Origin: a virus
Direction: 5' to 3' (one strand)
Length of the DNA stretch: 64,000 bases
Virus record (IMG/VR): IMGVR_UViG_3300050014_000310
Span: 64,694 to 128,693 of that record
In this document: piece by piece, positions 1-9,834 of the stretch
How positions within the stretch are numbered: position 1 is the first letter of the stretch
Layout: the number at the start of each line of letters is the position of its first letter
The notes under the pieces: generated by a model
Seen by the model: the letters and a program-made list of their open reading frames with translations, nothing else
What the model was told of the DNA's origin: nothing
Databases searched by the model: none
Position numbers and translations under genes: made by a program

Positions 1-1
1 C

Positions 2-388
2 GTTATTGGTAAAATGAAAAACAGTATCTTCTATGAATTGGCTATTACTGAGCGACACATAAGGATTTCCCATTACGTCTCGATCGACAGCGGCAACGGT
101 TCCGCTCACATCCAAAACCTGATTTTTGTATTTCTCGTCTGCAGAAAATTGGTTATTGACATATTCGTTGGTGAGCGCTTCATCGGATACCTTAATAGGC
201 GGCGGCGCTGGCGATGGTGCTGGCGTACTTGGCTGCTGAGAACTGGCCGAACTAGAATCCGTTGTAGCCGTCGAAGAAGTGTCCTTGCTGCTTAGGTTGC
301 TGATGACGGTAAGCACGATTATTCCAATAATAACCCAAAGCCAGATCGGTAAACCTTTGCGCTTAGAATTTTGTTCCCCACTCATCAT
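2..388 (-). CDS. Membrane-anchored OB-fold (tRNA_anti-like) protein, moron-like; runs off the window start
   Basis: Read manually: ATG at 388 after GGGGAGG; MMSGEQNSKRKGLPIWLWVIIGIIVLTVIS (TM helix), Ser/Pro linker, then NEYVNNQFSADEKYKNQVLDVSGTV, typical of tRNA_anti-like OB domains. Confidence 0.6.
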   Translation of the reverse strand, partial: MMSGEQNSKRKGLPIWLWVIIGIIVLTVISNLSSKDTSSTATTDSSSASSQQPSTPAPSPAPPPIKVSDEALTNEYVNNQFSADEKYKNQVLDVSGTVAAVDRDVMGNPYVSLSNSQFIEDTVFHFTNN

Positions 389-451
389 AATCCCTCCCCT
401 TATAGCAACAGTATATACCACAAAGGGATCGTTTTTCCTGCAAATATTTGC

Positions 452-1081
452 TTATTTCCCAAGTAATTTTTCTCCCTGCACAAGCCAACTCTCTATTTGT
501 GCCGCCTGTGCCGGTGCCGGTGTGCTTGGAATCACAGTCCCGACAGTATTTGAATCTGTCACCTGCGGATTCGCGCTAACCTTGATCTGCACTGTCTGCA
601 CAGTAGCGATAAAAACTTCTTGCAGCGTACAAGTACCCCGCAACCCATGGCAAGTCGTGTTGTCTTCTGTCGGCAGCAATGACGTGATTAACATATTCTG
701 GTAAACATTCAACCGCGTTGTAACTTGAACAGGAACCCTTTGAAGTTGAATCTGCCTCAATGCTTGGAAAGCAGAAACGGATCGAGACGACCAATCCCCG
801 AACTGCCCAGGGATGATCGAAGTGGCGCAATCAGACATGAGAAAACTGATCTGCAACTGGGCCGGCTCAATGTAGCTGTGATCCGAAATGTTCGCGCCTG
901 TTTCGACCGGATGCTGAGTGACGGTTAGATTCAAAGTATGAACAATTTTGAGAAATGCATCCAGGAAAAGCCCGCCAATATTGTATTTTATGTATAATAA
1001 CTGCTGGCCAAGGGGAGGCAAAACAACCCCCGAGGCCAGTTGCTGGCTGCCAGAAAAAAGATTTGATTGAGAGATCGACAT
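452..1081 (-). CDS. Dit-like tail/baseplate hub protein
   Basis: Follows tape measure; motifs LTVTQHPVETGANISDHSYIEP and VQVTTRLNVYQNMLITSL typical of this myophage module. Confidence 0.65.
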   Translation of the reverse strand: MSISQSNLFSGSQQLASGVVLPPLGQQLLYIKYNIGGLFLDAFLKIVHTLNLTVTQHPVETGANISDHSYIEPAQLQISFLMSDCATSIIPGQFGDWSSRSVSAFQALRQIQLQRVPVQVTTRLNVYQNMLITSLLPTEDNTTCHGLRGTCTLQEVFIATVQTVQIKVSANPQVTDSNTVGTVIPSTPAPAQAAQIESWLVQGEKLLGK

Positions 1082-1101
1082 TGATAGATCACCTGCCTAA
1101 G

Positions 1102-2685
1102 TTAACCCATAATTCCCTGCTGAACTCGCATGATCAGACTCAAATTGTTTCCCTGAATAGCATCGGCAGTCTGCTGCGGGCTACCGGCTCCGCTGATGTA
1201 GTAAACCGGGCTTAAGGTTATCGTATTGGTCTTATTGCTTGCTCGAGGTGCTCCGAGATTCTTGAAAGCAGACAGCATATTCGTGAGCACAGAGTTGCTA
1301 AATATCTGGCTTCCACCAGGTAGGTTGAGAATCTCCGGTCCCTTTTCGCCTACCAGGGTGGGGCCGGATGCAAGGCCACCGGATGCTTTGCCGGGCGGAT
1401 CGGGAGGACCGAAAACAGGACTGCCGGGAGCACCCGGTTGATCCGGCGCAATCCACGTATCATAAAGTCCCTGCTCCCCCGTCTTGATATCGGCTTCTCC
1501 CTGAGCAATCATTTGAGGATTGTTCTCGTGCATCCCCAAAAGTTTTTCCGCTTCACCCGCGACAATTGAAATACCATCGGCAATAGAAGACACTCCCATT
1601 ACTACTGCGGTTATAACAGTCAGCACCGCTTTAAAGGCATCTGCTATCACAGTTCCCCAATTGACAAGCTTCCCCTGTCCACCGATCAGTTGCGCTATTG
1701 CGTTGATCATATCCAGCAAGGCTGTTCCTAATCCCTTAAAGGCATCCCATAAGGCTTTGATATCCGGGGTAATGGCCTTCCAAACTCCTGATAATGCACT
1801 CTGGCCACCTTTTGAGTAGGTTATATAGTCCTGCACCAACAGAATAATCGCAAGAATGGCCGCCGAAATCACCAATAGGGGGAGGTTCGCGTCCGCCAAT
1901 CCCGCCAAGATTCCCATGGTAATCTCGATTGCTTTGCCTATTGCCAGAATTGCAATTATTAACCCGGCCGAGATCTCGATGACGTGTTGCCACTTCGTTC
2001 CGAGGTTGTCCCACCAATTAACGAAATCTTTGCCCGCATCGTATACTTTTTCAAATAAAGTTACTATCCTGGCGATGAGGTCAGCGATCTTGGCTTCCCA
2101 TTTAGGGGCATTCTCGACAATCCAGTTGTTCATCTTCTGCAAGCCATCCTGGAAGTTTCCCAAGGGGCCGGATAAGTCTTTTGCTAAATCATAGCCGATA
2201 TTCATGATCCCCATTGTCATTTCAAGTTTTAGCTGGCGAAATTGAAGGGTGATCCCAAATAAATTATTCATCACAGATTGATAATCTGCCGGAGGCTCCA
2301 TTTCTTGAGCTACCTGGCGAAACTTAATAAAAGCGTCCATCAACTGCGGGCTTAAATACAAATCTTGAATAGAAACGCCTAACGCGTCTAAGCTAGACTT
2401 AAAAGCCACGGCAGAATTAAAATTGAGCCACATCTGCCTTGCGAACATTTCATTCTGAATTGTAGCGTTGGCGACCCCAAGGGTGAACTGATTGATAACA
2501 TCAGCCAGGGCGCCTATTCCTGCTATCGCTCCGCCGGCTATGGCAATACCTTGCAGCGAACTGGAAAAACTTGAGATCGATTTTGCTATCTGGCCAAGGG
2601 AGTCTTGGGCCTTACTAAAAGAGGCAGCGTCGGTAGAAAACCCCAGCGAAACGAGATACGAACGTATGATCCCTAATTCAGACAT
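1102..2685 (-). CDS. Tape measure protein (short, 527 aa)
   Basis: After tail chaperones; N-term IIRSYLVSLGF, helical/hydrophobic middle, C-term ASGG..GPTLVGEKGPE motif. Confidence 0.8.
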   Translation of the reverse strand: MSELGIIRSYLVSLGFSTDAASFSKAQDSLGQIAKSISSFSSSLQGIAIAGGAIAGIGALADVINQFTLGVANATIQNEMFARQMWLNFNSAVAFKSSLDALGVSIQDLYLSPQLMDAFIKFRQVAQEMEPPADYQSVMNNLFGITLQFRQLKLEMTMGIMNIGYDLAKDLSGPLGNFQDGLQKMNNWIVENAPKWEAKIADLIARIVTLFEKVYDAGKDFVNWWDNLGTKWQHVIEISAGLIIAILAIGKAIEITMGILAGLADANLPLLVISAAILAIILLVQDYITYSKGGQSALSGVWKAITPDIKALWDAFKGLGTALLDMINAIAQLIGGQGKLVNWGTVIADAFKAVLTVITAVVMGVSSIADGISIVAGEAEKLLGMHENNPQMIAQGEADIKTGEQGLYDTWIAPDQPGAPGSPVFGPPDPPGKASGGLASGPTLVGEKGPEILNLPGGSQIFSNSVLTNMLSAFKNLGAPRASNKTNTITLSPVYYISGAGSPQQTADAIQGNNLSLIMRVQQGIMG

Positions 2686-2741
2686 TTAACGCCACCCCGC
2701 TTATCAATAAGCAAAGGACACCGCATGGCTTTTCAAAGTAA

Positions 2742-2900
2742 CTAAGCCATCCCAGCGCCCTTTGCCGCATCGATTCCCCGTGCCTCATTCTCGCTTTGCA
2801 CGGTCATGACTTCCAGGATATCCAGCAGATCATCTAGATCGTATGTGCCGTCAGACAATTCCTTCTGTCTCCAGTGCCCGGCGATAACCGGCGCAAACAT
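2742..2900 (-). CDS. Tail assembly chaperone, downstream (gpT-like) ORF
   Basis: MFAPVIAGHWRQKELSDGTYDLDDLLDILEVM..; in the -1 frame of the upstream chaperone and open from the slippery site. Confidence 0.65.
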   Translation of the reverse strand: MFAPVIAGHWRQKELSDGTYDLDDLLDILEVMTVQSENEARGIDAAKGAGMA

Positions 2901-2908
2901 CCATGCTG

Positions 2909-3391
2909 CTACGTTTGGACACTCGGCGACTTCGTAAGTAACCCCTCGGGGAGTAAAGCTGAGAGGGCGCCTGGCGAAAAACCCGACAGGTTGAAAACGA
3001 GCGCCTGCACCATTAGCGCCAGGCAGGTCATGGCATCATCGTCCAGGCCAATGACGCCAAGATGCCCCTCGGGATTTAACACCTGTATTTCGCCGCCAGA
3101 CAGGATCTCGAAGCAAACCCTCAGAGATTTGTTCTGGATGTCAACGAAATCAGCCTCTGACAACTTCGACAAAGCCCCTAAAACTGGTGATATGATTTGG
3201 CTGATCTCAATCCCCTGGTTCGTTGCAAGCATGTCAAACACTGGGGCCAGGATCCCTGCCACCTTGATCGCGATGAAACCGCCTGTCTGGGCAGGAAACT
3301 TTCTGAGACGGAACTGCCTGCCGCCTAGTCCAATATCTTTGAATTTTGGTCGTATATCTTCCATCGTTTTAAGCCTCCGCTTTGAATACAA
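2909..3391 (-). CDS. Tail assembly chaperone (gpG-like)
   Basis: Between tube and tape measure; contains the G GGT TTT slippery heptamer. Confidence 0.7.
   Translation of the reverse strand: MYSKRRLKTMEDIRPKFKDIGLGGRQFRLRKFPAQTGGFIAIKVAGILAPVFDMLATNQGIEISQIISPVLGALSKLSEADFVDIQNKSLRVCFEILSGGEIQVLNPEGHLGVIGLDDDAMTCLALMVQALVFNLSGFSPGALSALLPEGLLTKSPSVQT
2978..2984 (-). other. Programmed -1 frameshift site G-GGT-TTT
   Basis: X XXY YYZ heptamer in the correct phase; -1 frame reads FFARRPLSFTPRGVTYEVAECPNVAAW into MFAPV without a stop. Confidence 0.75.
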
Positions 3392-3399
3392 TTTAATTG

Positions 3400-4044
3400 T
3401 TATGCTTGTTTCCCATGACCTTCTTGAATTGGCTGTGCAATTGCTTTTTCAAATGGCCAGCCATTGCTAACGCGATAATACAATTGCGTAAAAGTTAAGC
3501 CATACTGTATTGCCCATTCTATCAAACATTTTGTTTGCCCATTATGTGTAATAAGGTGATTAGCGCTCGTATTTCTGGCTTGTTCTTGCATCGTTGCCCA
3601 TCGACAATTTTCTGGAGAATAACCTTTATCGTTATTTTTTCTATCAATAGTTAAGTCATCTCTATAGCCATGAGAAAGTGCCCAAGAAACAAACGCTTCT
3701 GCATCGTGAAACCATTCTTGACAAATTGTTATTCCTCGACCACCATAACGATCATAGCTTTTATGCTTTGTATTGCAGCATCTTCCTTTTAAATCTGCCC
3801 AAATTCTATAAACACGTAAATAAGATAATCTATGTTTTATGCATTTAACTTGGTCAACTTCTTTTTTGTAACAACCACAACTCTTAGACTTTCCTCTTCT
3901 AAGATCAACGGAAACAACAACAGTTGCATTTCCACAATCACAGTTGCATAGCCATTTAAAGTTATTGTTAATATCCTTACCTTCTGGCCTTATTGCAGTT
4001 AATCTGCCAAACCTTTGCCCTGTAATGTCAATAAATTTCCCCAT
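3400..4044 (-). CDS. HNH homing endonuclease with N-terminal Cys-rich domain
   Basis: DITGQRFGRLT..WLCNCDCG..SCGC; YGGRGITIC; TIDRKNNDKGYSPENCRWAT; AT-rich relative to neighbours. Confidence 0.85.
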   Translation of the reverse strand: MGKFIDITGQRFGRLTAIRPEGKDINNNFKWLCNCDCGNATVVVSVDLRRGKSKSCGCYKKEVDQVKCIKHRLSYLRVYRIWADLKGRCCNTKHKSYDRYGGRGITICQEWFHDAEAFVSWALSHGYRDDLTIDRKNNDKGYSPENCRWATMQEQARNTSANHLITHNGQTKCLIEWAIQYGLTFTQLYYRVSNGWPFEKAIAQPIQEGHGKQA

Positions 4045-4146
4045 AGAAAGACACCTCCGTAGTGTTTAATGCTGTTCCGATTAAATAAAATTTGCGGGAA
4101 ACAGATTCGGAATGTCTGCTTTCGGGTGGCCGCCCTATCCCGCAAA
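4045..4146 (-). ncRNA. Putative structured leader RNA, copy 1 (three-way junction + pseudoknot + RBS hairpin)
   Basis: P1 TTTGCGGGA/TCCCGCAAA, P2 GGG..CCC, P3 AGCAGA/TCTGTT, loop TTCCGA complementary to downstream TCGGAA; covaries with copy at 20228-20322. Confidence 0.65.
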
Positions 4147-4151
4147 AATGG

Positions 4152-4571
4152 TTATGATTGGAACATATTTTCCGCGAGTACCGTCCAAGTTACAAGTTGT
4201 CCCTGGGCCTGGTACGGCAAATCCGCCCTCTTCTGAAAGGCGCACCCCGTGCATTGGTTATTGTCACCCATGACCGCGCTGTCCGCCGTAATGGTCAACT
4301 GGTTCCATTCCGCAGGGTTACCTTTGAGGTAGTTGTATAGGCCCTGCAACCATTTATGAAACGCCGATGTCTGCTGAATCGCTATGGCAATCGAACCGTT
4401 CTCGCCTTCAACATCACTTGTCATAACACGGCCATCCGCCGCCACGTCCTGTACTGTACGATCCGTCGCCATACTGAAGGTGATCGTTCCAAGGCCGGAA
4501 CCGGTAGCAATGTACTGCCCATAAGCTGGATGCGAAAACACGGTCTGGAGATCCTTGAAGCTATAGATCAT
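4152..4571 (-). CDS. Tail tube protein (DUF3277-like)
   Basis: YSFKD start, VAADG, GSIAIAIQQTS; directly after sheath. Confidence 0.75.
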   Translation of the reverse strand: MIYSFKDLQTVFSHPAYGQYIATGSGLGTITFSMATDRTVQDVAADGRVMTSDVEGENGSIAIAIQQTSAFHKWLQGLYNYLKGNPAEWNQLTITADSAVMGDNNQCTGCAFQKRADLPYQAQGQLVTWTVLAENMFQS

Positions 4572-4671
4572 TGGTTATATACTCCTTTCCCAGAATTGAA
4601 AAAGCCCTGACCGAAACTGCCAGAGCCACAACCCTAATTTGTTCCCAATAGGGGATGCCGCTAATTTGTTC

Positions 4672-6189
4672 CTACATCGGCACCTGGACCGCGATCACGA
4701 TCCCCTGAATGGCCCCGGCCAGACAAGGTATCACGTAGATCGGCGGAGATATCCGGGCGCCCTTATTCGCGGAGCTCTGTGAAGCAATCGTCGCCGACAG
4801 TACCAGATATCCCTCGCTCAGCGTATCGCCGGTGTTCAGCGTCGTAGCTCCAATGGTCAAAGGCGGCCCATCCCAGGTGCCTGGAGCCAGGAACCCAGTC
4901 GTGACAGCGCTCTCCAGCGGGACCTTGATCCCGTTCCTCAATAGCGTCATGCCGCCTTCAGTGTAGGGAATCTTCTGGCTACCAGTTTTCAAATTCATCA
5001 CGGCAGTGGCAATCTGGCTCACCAGTTGATCCAGCCCCAAAACTTCGTCAAACCACATGCCGTTGGCCATCGTGCCGTTTTCAAAAACGGTATAGGTGTT
5101 GTTGTAGGTAGCCACGAAGTTGACGTTATCGCCGCCAACGCCATCTACACCAACGAAAATGGCCGCCTGAGCCTCAGTCAACGGCTCCGGGGTCACCCCG
5201 GTTATCACCTTGTCAGCCAGGGCAAAGGAGCTATTGGCTGTGCCCGTGTTGGACCCCATAGCGTAGCCCATAGCCCCGACTACGGCGTTTGGCGTCTGGG
5301 TGCTGTACTGCGTCAAGGTACGCATATAATTGGCATCCATTAAGGCCAGGGCAACAGAACCTACGCCATCGGTGTTAGTCGCTCCATTGGCCGCCCCCAG
5401 TTTCAGCGCAGCCGCCAGGTCATTAGTCGCGCCGTTGACAATCCTGATTCTTGACAATGGTCCGGATGTTGCCGAGGTGACGAGGTAGACCCCACCGGTG
5501 AATGCCACAGTCACGGCAGCATAGGCGCCACCCAGCGCTTGAATAGCAGCCTGCAGCGCAGAGGCAACCAATGCCCCAGTGTTGAGCCCGGTAACGCTCG
5601 TCAGGGTAACAGCGTGGTAGGTCGGAGTCAGGCCGTAGACATCGGCGTCAACAGCAATCTGCAGCGTAGTCTGGCTGCCAGCAGAGATGTTCGTACTTGG
5701 TGATGCCGCGCCGATCTGATACCCGGCTGCCAGGGCTGTGCTGGCGAGTACCGCGGCATCGGCGGTCGTGACAAAATGCTGCGCCGCCGGCTGGCAACTG
5801 TTCACGTAGGCGGAGATCATCAAGATATCCTGAGCGGATGCGCCGCACACGGACACCAGATACCAGTTGGGGTTTAGCGATCGGCAGGCCTGGACCGCGG
5901 CCAGCGCAGTTTCCGTTGAGCTGTTCCACCGGCCAATGACTACCTGAGTGGGCTGCGGAGTCTGCCCGAAGTAGATCTCAGCCGCTAGGTATTCCGGGCT
6001 GGTCAAAGAGAACCCATCGGCGGTCATGCCGTTGGTGCTCGAATAGGCGCGGGTGCGATCAAGCGACGTTCCGGCAATAATTGAAGATGTGCCGACGATC
6101 AAGCCCTGGTTGAAGCTTGGCCCGACTGCCGAGGACGGAGAGATGACTACTGAAATCTGGATGATGTCGTTCAGGTTTAATGTACTCAC
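4672..6189 (-). CDS. Contractile tail sheath protein (DUF3383-like)
   Basis: LNDIIQISVVISP, SPEYLAAEIYFGQTPQP, GTMANGMWFDEVLGLD, KIPYTEGG, AGAIQ. Confidence 0.85.
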   Translation of the reverse strand: MSTLNLNDIIQISVVISPSSAVGPSFNQGLIVGTSSIIAGTSLDRTRAYSSTNGMTADGFSLTSPEYLAAEIYFGQTPQPTQVVIGRWNSSTETALAAVQACRSLNPNWYLVSVCGASAQDILMISAYVNSCQPAAQHFVTTADAAVLASTALAAGYQIGAASPSTNISAGSQTTLQIAVDADVYGLTPTYHAVTLTSVTGLNTGALVASALQAAIQALGGAYAAVTVAFTGGVYLVTSATSGPLSRIRIVNGATNDLAAALKLGAANGATNTDGVGSVALALMDANYMRTLTQYSTQTPNAVVGAMGYAMGSNTGTANSSFALADKVITGVTPEPLTEAQAAIFVGVDGVGGDNVNFVATYNNTYTVFENGTMANGMWFDEVLGLDQLVSQIATAVMNLKTGSQKIPYTEGGMTLLRNGIKVPLESAVTTGFLAPGTWDGPPLTIGATTLNTGDTLSEGYLVLSATIASQSSANKGARISPPIYVIPCLAGAIQGIVIAVQVPM

Positions 6190-6302
6190 GTTAAATATTC
6201 ACCTCGCTTTCTGGAAATTCAGGGCAACAAAAAAGCCGCCTGATGACGGCCATTCTTTGGCGATTCGAGTTAATCCAGACTACTTGACTATTCGGGAATG
6301 TG

Positions 6303-7130
6303 TTACGTGTCAATCGTATCAAACACTCCCCGGTCGGTTTCCACGATGATCTGGGTCGATGCCAGCCAGGGGATCTGGGTATACAGTTTGACTTCCTCGT
6401 TGAATCGCAATCGCAGATGACCGACCGGCCACCACTGCCCCTCGAAATTCTCCGGCTCCCAGACAGTGCTGTAGGGATCCAGGATCAGGGCAACATTGGC
6501 TTCAGCCAAAGTCGTAGAGGTATCGTCAAGGAAACCGTTGTGCAGTTTTTCGGCGTTCTCTTCGGAGTGGGGGCCGTAGACATCGAAGTCCACCGCATGA
6601 ACCCTGACATAGGTGGTAGTAACCTGCTGATTGACTCCATCGCCTACGTCGTCGCCATATTCGGTATCGCGTTGCTGAGTGATCTGATCTGGATCGAAGT
6701 ATGCCTTCAGGAATACCTGATCATTGCCGATTGACCAGGCGGGAGCGCCGTCCTGCGGCCAACTGATTCTCACCCCGGAATTGGGATCTAACCCGGTGAA
6801 GGATGCAGCCATCTTCTGAATGAGATCCCCGAATTGTAGCCGGGTGAGGATCTGATTTGCCGGACCCGTTTCCACGTAGGAAAACTGATCAGATGCGCTG
6901 GTAGCGCTGGCGCCTGATGGAGTCACAACTGTGACGTCTATGGTTCCGATGTCAGATGGAGGAGCGATTACTTCAAGATACCGGTCAGATGCCAGAATAG
7001 GATTTGTTCCTGGGGTTGAGCCAAAGTAGACAGTGGTCATGCCGGTGAATCCGCTGCCCATCACGCCTACCGTAGTACCCCCGGATAGGGGCCCGTATGA
7101 AGTTGTCAGCCTGGCCACTGTGAGGGCCAT
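6303..7130 (-). CDS. Neck/tail-terminator protein with N-terminal IPT/TIG (Ig-like) domain
   Basis: GPLSGGTTVGVMGSGF..VYFG..IDVTVVTPSG..DQFSY (IPT); C-term PENFEGQWW..LRFNE; immediately before sheath. Confidence 0.7.
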   Translation of the reverse strand: MALTVARLTTSYGPLSGGTTVGVMGSGFTGMTTVYFGSTPGTNPILASDRYLEVIAPPSDIGTIDVTVVTPSGASATSASDQFSYVETGPANQILTRLQFGDLIQKMAASFTGLDPNSGVRISWPQDGAPAWSIGNDQVFLKAYFDPDQITQQRDTEYGDDVGDGVNQQVTTTYVRVHAVDFDVYGPHSEENAEKLHNGFLDDTSTTLAEANVALILDPYSTVWEPENFEGQWWPVGHLRLRFNEEVKLYTQIPWLASTQIIVETDRGVFDTIDT

Positions 7131-7204
7131 TTGAGATCACCTACTATCGGAAAAACGAGACTTCTGCGCTGTCGGGAAGCAAGGCCTCTTGTCGAAATCG
7201 CGAC

Positions 7205-7591
7205 TTAATCACCCTGCATATATACAGCGAAGGCGATAAACCACTGATCACCACTAGAAGAGATCCAAGGATTCACCTGAGACACCCTGTACCGGTCACC
7301 GCGATAGCAGATCTCATCTGACGTTCCGGTATTGCCGGATCCATCGTTTTTGTGAGTGACGAAAATCTGCTGCCCGGGGGAATAAAACTTGGTCATGCTG
7401 GTTACACGGTCAGCATCGGGTGTCTGCTGGATTTCCTTGCCTGAAGCCGGCATCACCGGACCACCAAAGGAAAGAGGCTGTTCAGTCTCGATCAGACGGC
7501 CCGCGGAGTATGTGCCTGTTTTGCGGTAAACCGTGTAGGGTTGCCAAAACTCGGAGTCGTTGAGAATTTCAGAGAGATCCGTGGGGATCAC
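7205..7591 (-). CDS. Head closure / head-tail joining protein
   Basis: Synteny; DEICYRGDRYRVSQVNPW. Confidence 0.6.
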   Translation of the reverse strand: MIPTDLSEILNDSEFWQPYTVYRKTGTYSAGRLIETEQPLSFGGPVMPASGKEIQQTPDADRVTSMTKFYSPGQQIFVTHKNDGSGNTGTSDEICYRGDRYRVSQVNPWISSSGDQWFIAFAVYMQGD

Positions 7592-8298
7592 TTCCCTACT
7601 TTATAGGTGAAATCCTTAGTTGCATTGGATTTGCCCATCTGCTTGCCCATGGTGAGATTCTGGGATGATCCCTTCTTGCGAACGACAAATACTATGGCTC
7701 TCCGGAGCTGGCCAGTATCCACCAAGGGGCGCGAGCTTCCTTTAGCCCTGATCGTACTTTCTGCATTCTTCGGCCAATGATTTTTTGGATTCACGAACCA
7801 ATTTCTGCAAAGATTCTGCGCGTCCATGCCAGCCCGCTTCAGCGCATTCTCAGCCCCAGACAGATTCCCATCCAGGGCCAGCCCCGCGGCCTTGGCCAGA
7901 TCCTCAGATAACATCTTCGCGTTCTGCGGGTCCCGGATCGCCGGTTCGATGATCGGTCTGGGCGGGATGCGCCAGTCGGCCTTGCCATGCGCTTTGGTAT
8001 AAAGTGATAGGGCTTGCGAATATGGCATCCCCTTGTCCAGGTTGTCCATCAGGCGGTCATAGTCCAGTGTGTGCGGCAATCCATTGGGGCCGATCATGGC
8101 CTGGGCCATTTCCTGTTGCATATTTTTGGAGCGTACCCCGTGAGTGTGGATGTAGCAGAGTTGGGCATTGGTGATCTTGCCGGACCTGCCGGCATATTGC
8201 TCCGGGATGCCGACCAGGACTTCGGCTCTGGTTAGATCGGCAAGGGACTGGAACATCTGCTGAGATTGATCCTTGACGGTGACTTTAGCCTTCAGCAT
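7588..8298 (-). CDS. Neck/tail-completion protein
   Basis: VLVGIPE, IPPRPIIEPAI, NAESTIRAKGSSRPLVDTGQLRRAI. Confidence 0.7.
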   Translation of the reverse strand: MLKAKVTVKDQSQQMFQSLADLTRAEVLVGIPEQYAGRSGKITNAQLCYIHTHGVRSKNMQQEMAQAMIGPNGLPHTLDYDRLMDNLDKGMPYSQALSLYTKAHGKADWRIPPRPIIEPAIRDPQNAKMLSEDLAKAAGLALDGNLSGAENALKRAGMDAQNLCRNWFVNPKNHWPKNAESTIRAKGSSRPLVDTGQLRRAIVFVVRKKGSSQNLTMGKQMGKSNATKDFTYKVGK

Positions 8299-8467
8299 GG
8301 CCGCCAGACACTTTTAAATGCATGGTTTCTACGAGCACCTTCTGGGCTTCTATCAGGGTTAGAATCTCACTGACGCTCGTCGTGTTATCAATTACTGATT
8401 CAACCCGAGCAGCCAGTTTAATGAATTGTCCATTTAGTTTTTCGCCAGCATTAATCAACTCTGCCAC
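8285..8467 (-). CDS. Small hypothetical protein
   Basis: 60-aa ORF with AGGGGTGA RBS filling the gap between neck genes. Confidence 0.45.
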   Translation of the reverse strand: MAELINAGEKLNGQFIKLAARVESVIDNTTSVSEILTLIEAQKVLVETMHLKVSGGHAEG

Positions 8468-8484
8468 CGTTTTTCACCCCTTTT

Positions 8485-9219
8485 CTAGCGAACATACATT
8501 CCACCCATACCCGCGAGTTTCCCAATCGATGCGAACATTTGCCCAGCTAAAGTCAAATGGTACGCGCCCCACCCATCGATCCCTTTAGCCACAGTCGAGA
8601 AGTCCACGCTAACTGAAACATCTCCGGCCGACTTCCCCGTTTTCAGTCCCCGGGCTTCCCCGGCCACCATGACCTGCTGCGCCGATGCCCCGGCCGGCGT
8701 CATGCTCATCATGTAAATCGTGACGAAATGGGCGACGAAGAAGCCGATAGCAGCCTGCCAGAAGCTTTTATACCGGATCTGAAGGATCACGGCGTTGCCC
8801 AGGCTTAGGTACGTCTGCAGAATAAACAGCGGCACCATGAGCGGATAGCATGTCAGATTCACAGATCCTGACGCAGTGGTCGGAGCCGACAGCGTAACCG
8901 TAGTGGCGCCTACGGTGGTCACTGTAGCGCCATCAGGGATATAGCCAATACCGACGGCCAGCATCCCCGGGGTGATCCCTGTGGTGCTGGACAGGGTTAA
9001 TACGTTGCTGCCGATCGCGGCCGTCCCGGCTGCAGATATTGCGGATCCCCCGAACTGAGGGCAAGCGGCCAGGAAATCAGACAGCAGATAGGGCGAATTC
9101 GTGCCTTGCAGAATGCCGGACGCAACAGCCGTAACCTGTTCGACCATTGCTTCCACGTTCTGCCCATAGGGAGAGATGGCTCCTCCGATGCCTATCGGAT
9201 CGTCAAACATGGGAATCAC
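8485..9219 (-). CDS. Head-tail adaptor (DUF4054-like) with inserted beta-rich domain
   Basis: DFLAACPQF, FVAHFVT, KSAGDVSVSVD, YHLTLAGQMF; Thr/Gly-rich insertion. Confidence 0.7.
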   Translation of the reverse strand: MIPMFDDPIGIGGAISPYGQNVEAMVEQVTAVASGILQGTNSPYLLSDFLAACPQFGGSAISAAGTAAIGSNVLTLSSTTGITPGMLAVGIGYIPDGATVTTVGATTVTLSAPTTASGSVNLTCYPLMVPLFILQTYLSLGNAVILQIRYKSFWQAAIGFFVAHFVTIYMMSMTPAGASAQQVMVAGEARGLKTGKSAGDVSVSVDFSTVAKGIDGWGAYHLTLAGQMFASIGKLAGMGGMYVR

Positions 9220-9284
9220 CTCCGCAGGGGGAATGCTGATTTAAGGCGGCCGGTCATATTACTACAGCAATACCGTCGCATGCC

Positions 9285-9725
9285 TTATGTAGGCTTCTTG
9301 ACGCCCCTGACTTCCTCTTTCCGGGCCTCGAGTTCGGCATCAATTGACTCGATCTTCTCGACATCCTTGGCATCGATCTTCTCTGCTAGAGTTTCGGCCA
9401 TGACCGGAGCGGAAACGGTTGCAGTCGAGGCCGGAGCAGTTGCAGCCGGAGCGACCAGGGACTCCTTTTTTTCTTCCAGCGCCTTGATCTCCTCTTTCAA
9501 AGCTGCCAGTCTCTGCTGTGCCTTCAGGACGTTTTCGTCGTCGGCAGAAGCGGTGAAGGACGTGATCGAGCCATCACTGATTGCCAGCTTGTAATAATCA
9601 TCTTGTTCTACCCAGTCGGGCAGCGTGCAGAAACCAACTTTTGTTTTCACCTTGATCAGCCGGCCTTTGGCGTCTTTCTCGCCCTGGGTAAAGGCAAGGA
9701 CCTTATTTGCCATTAGTTTGAGCAT
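9285..9725 (-). CDS. Hypothetical head-module protein
   Basis: Follows capsid; LPDWVEQDDYYKLAISDGSI then coiled coil. Confidence 0.55.
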   Translation of the reverse strand: MLKLMANKVLAFTQGEKDAKGRLIKVKTKVGFCTLPDWVEQDDYYKLAISDGSITSFTASADDENVLKAQQRLAALKEEIKALEEKKESLVAPAATAPASTATVSAPVMAETLAEKIDAKDVEKIESIDAELEARKEEVRGVKKPT

Positions 9726-9834
9726 AAAAACAGGTCTCCTCTCATTTTGAAACGTAGAAAAAATCAGATATTTTGAAAATGGAAAAGAGCCTCTTTGCGG
9801 GAGGCTCCCTGGCTACAGACGCTTTGAGTTTATT

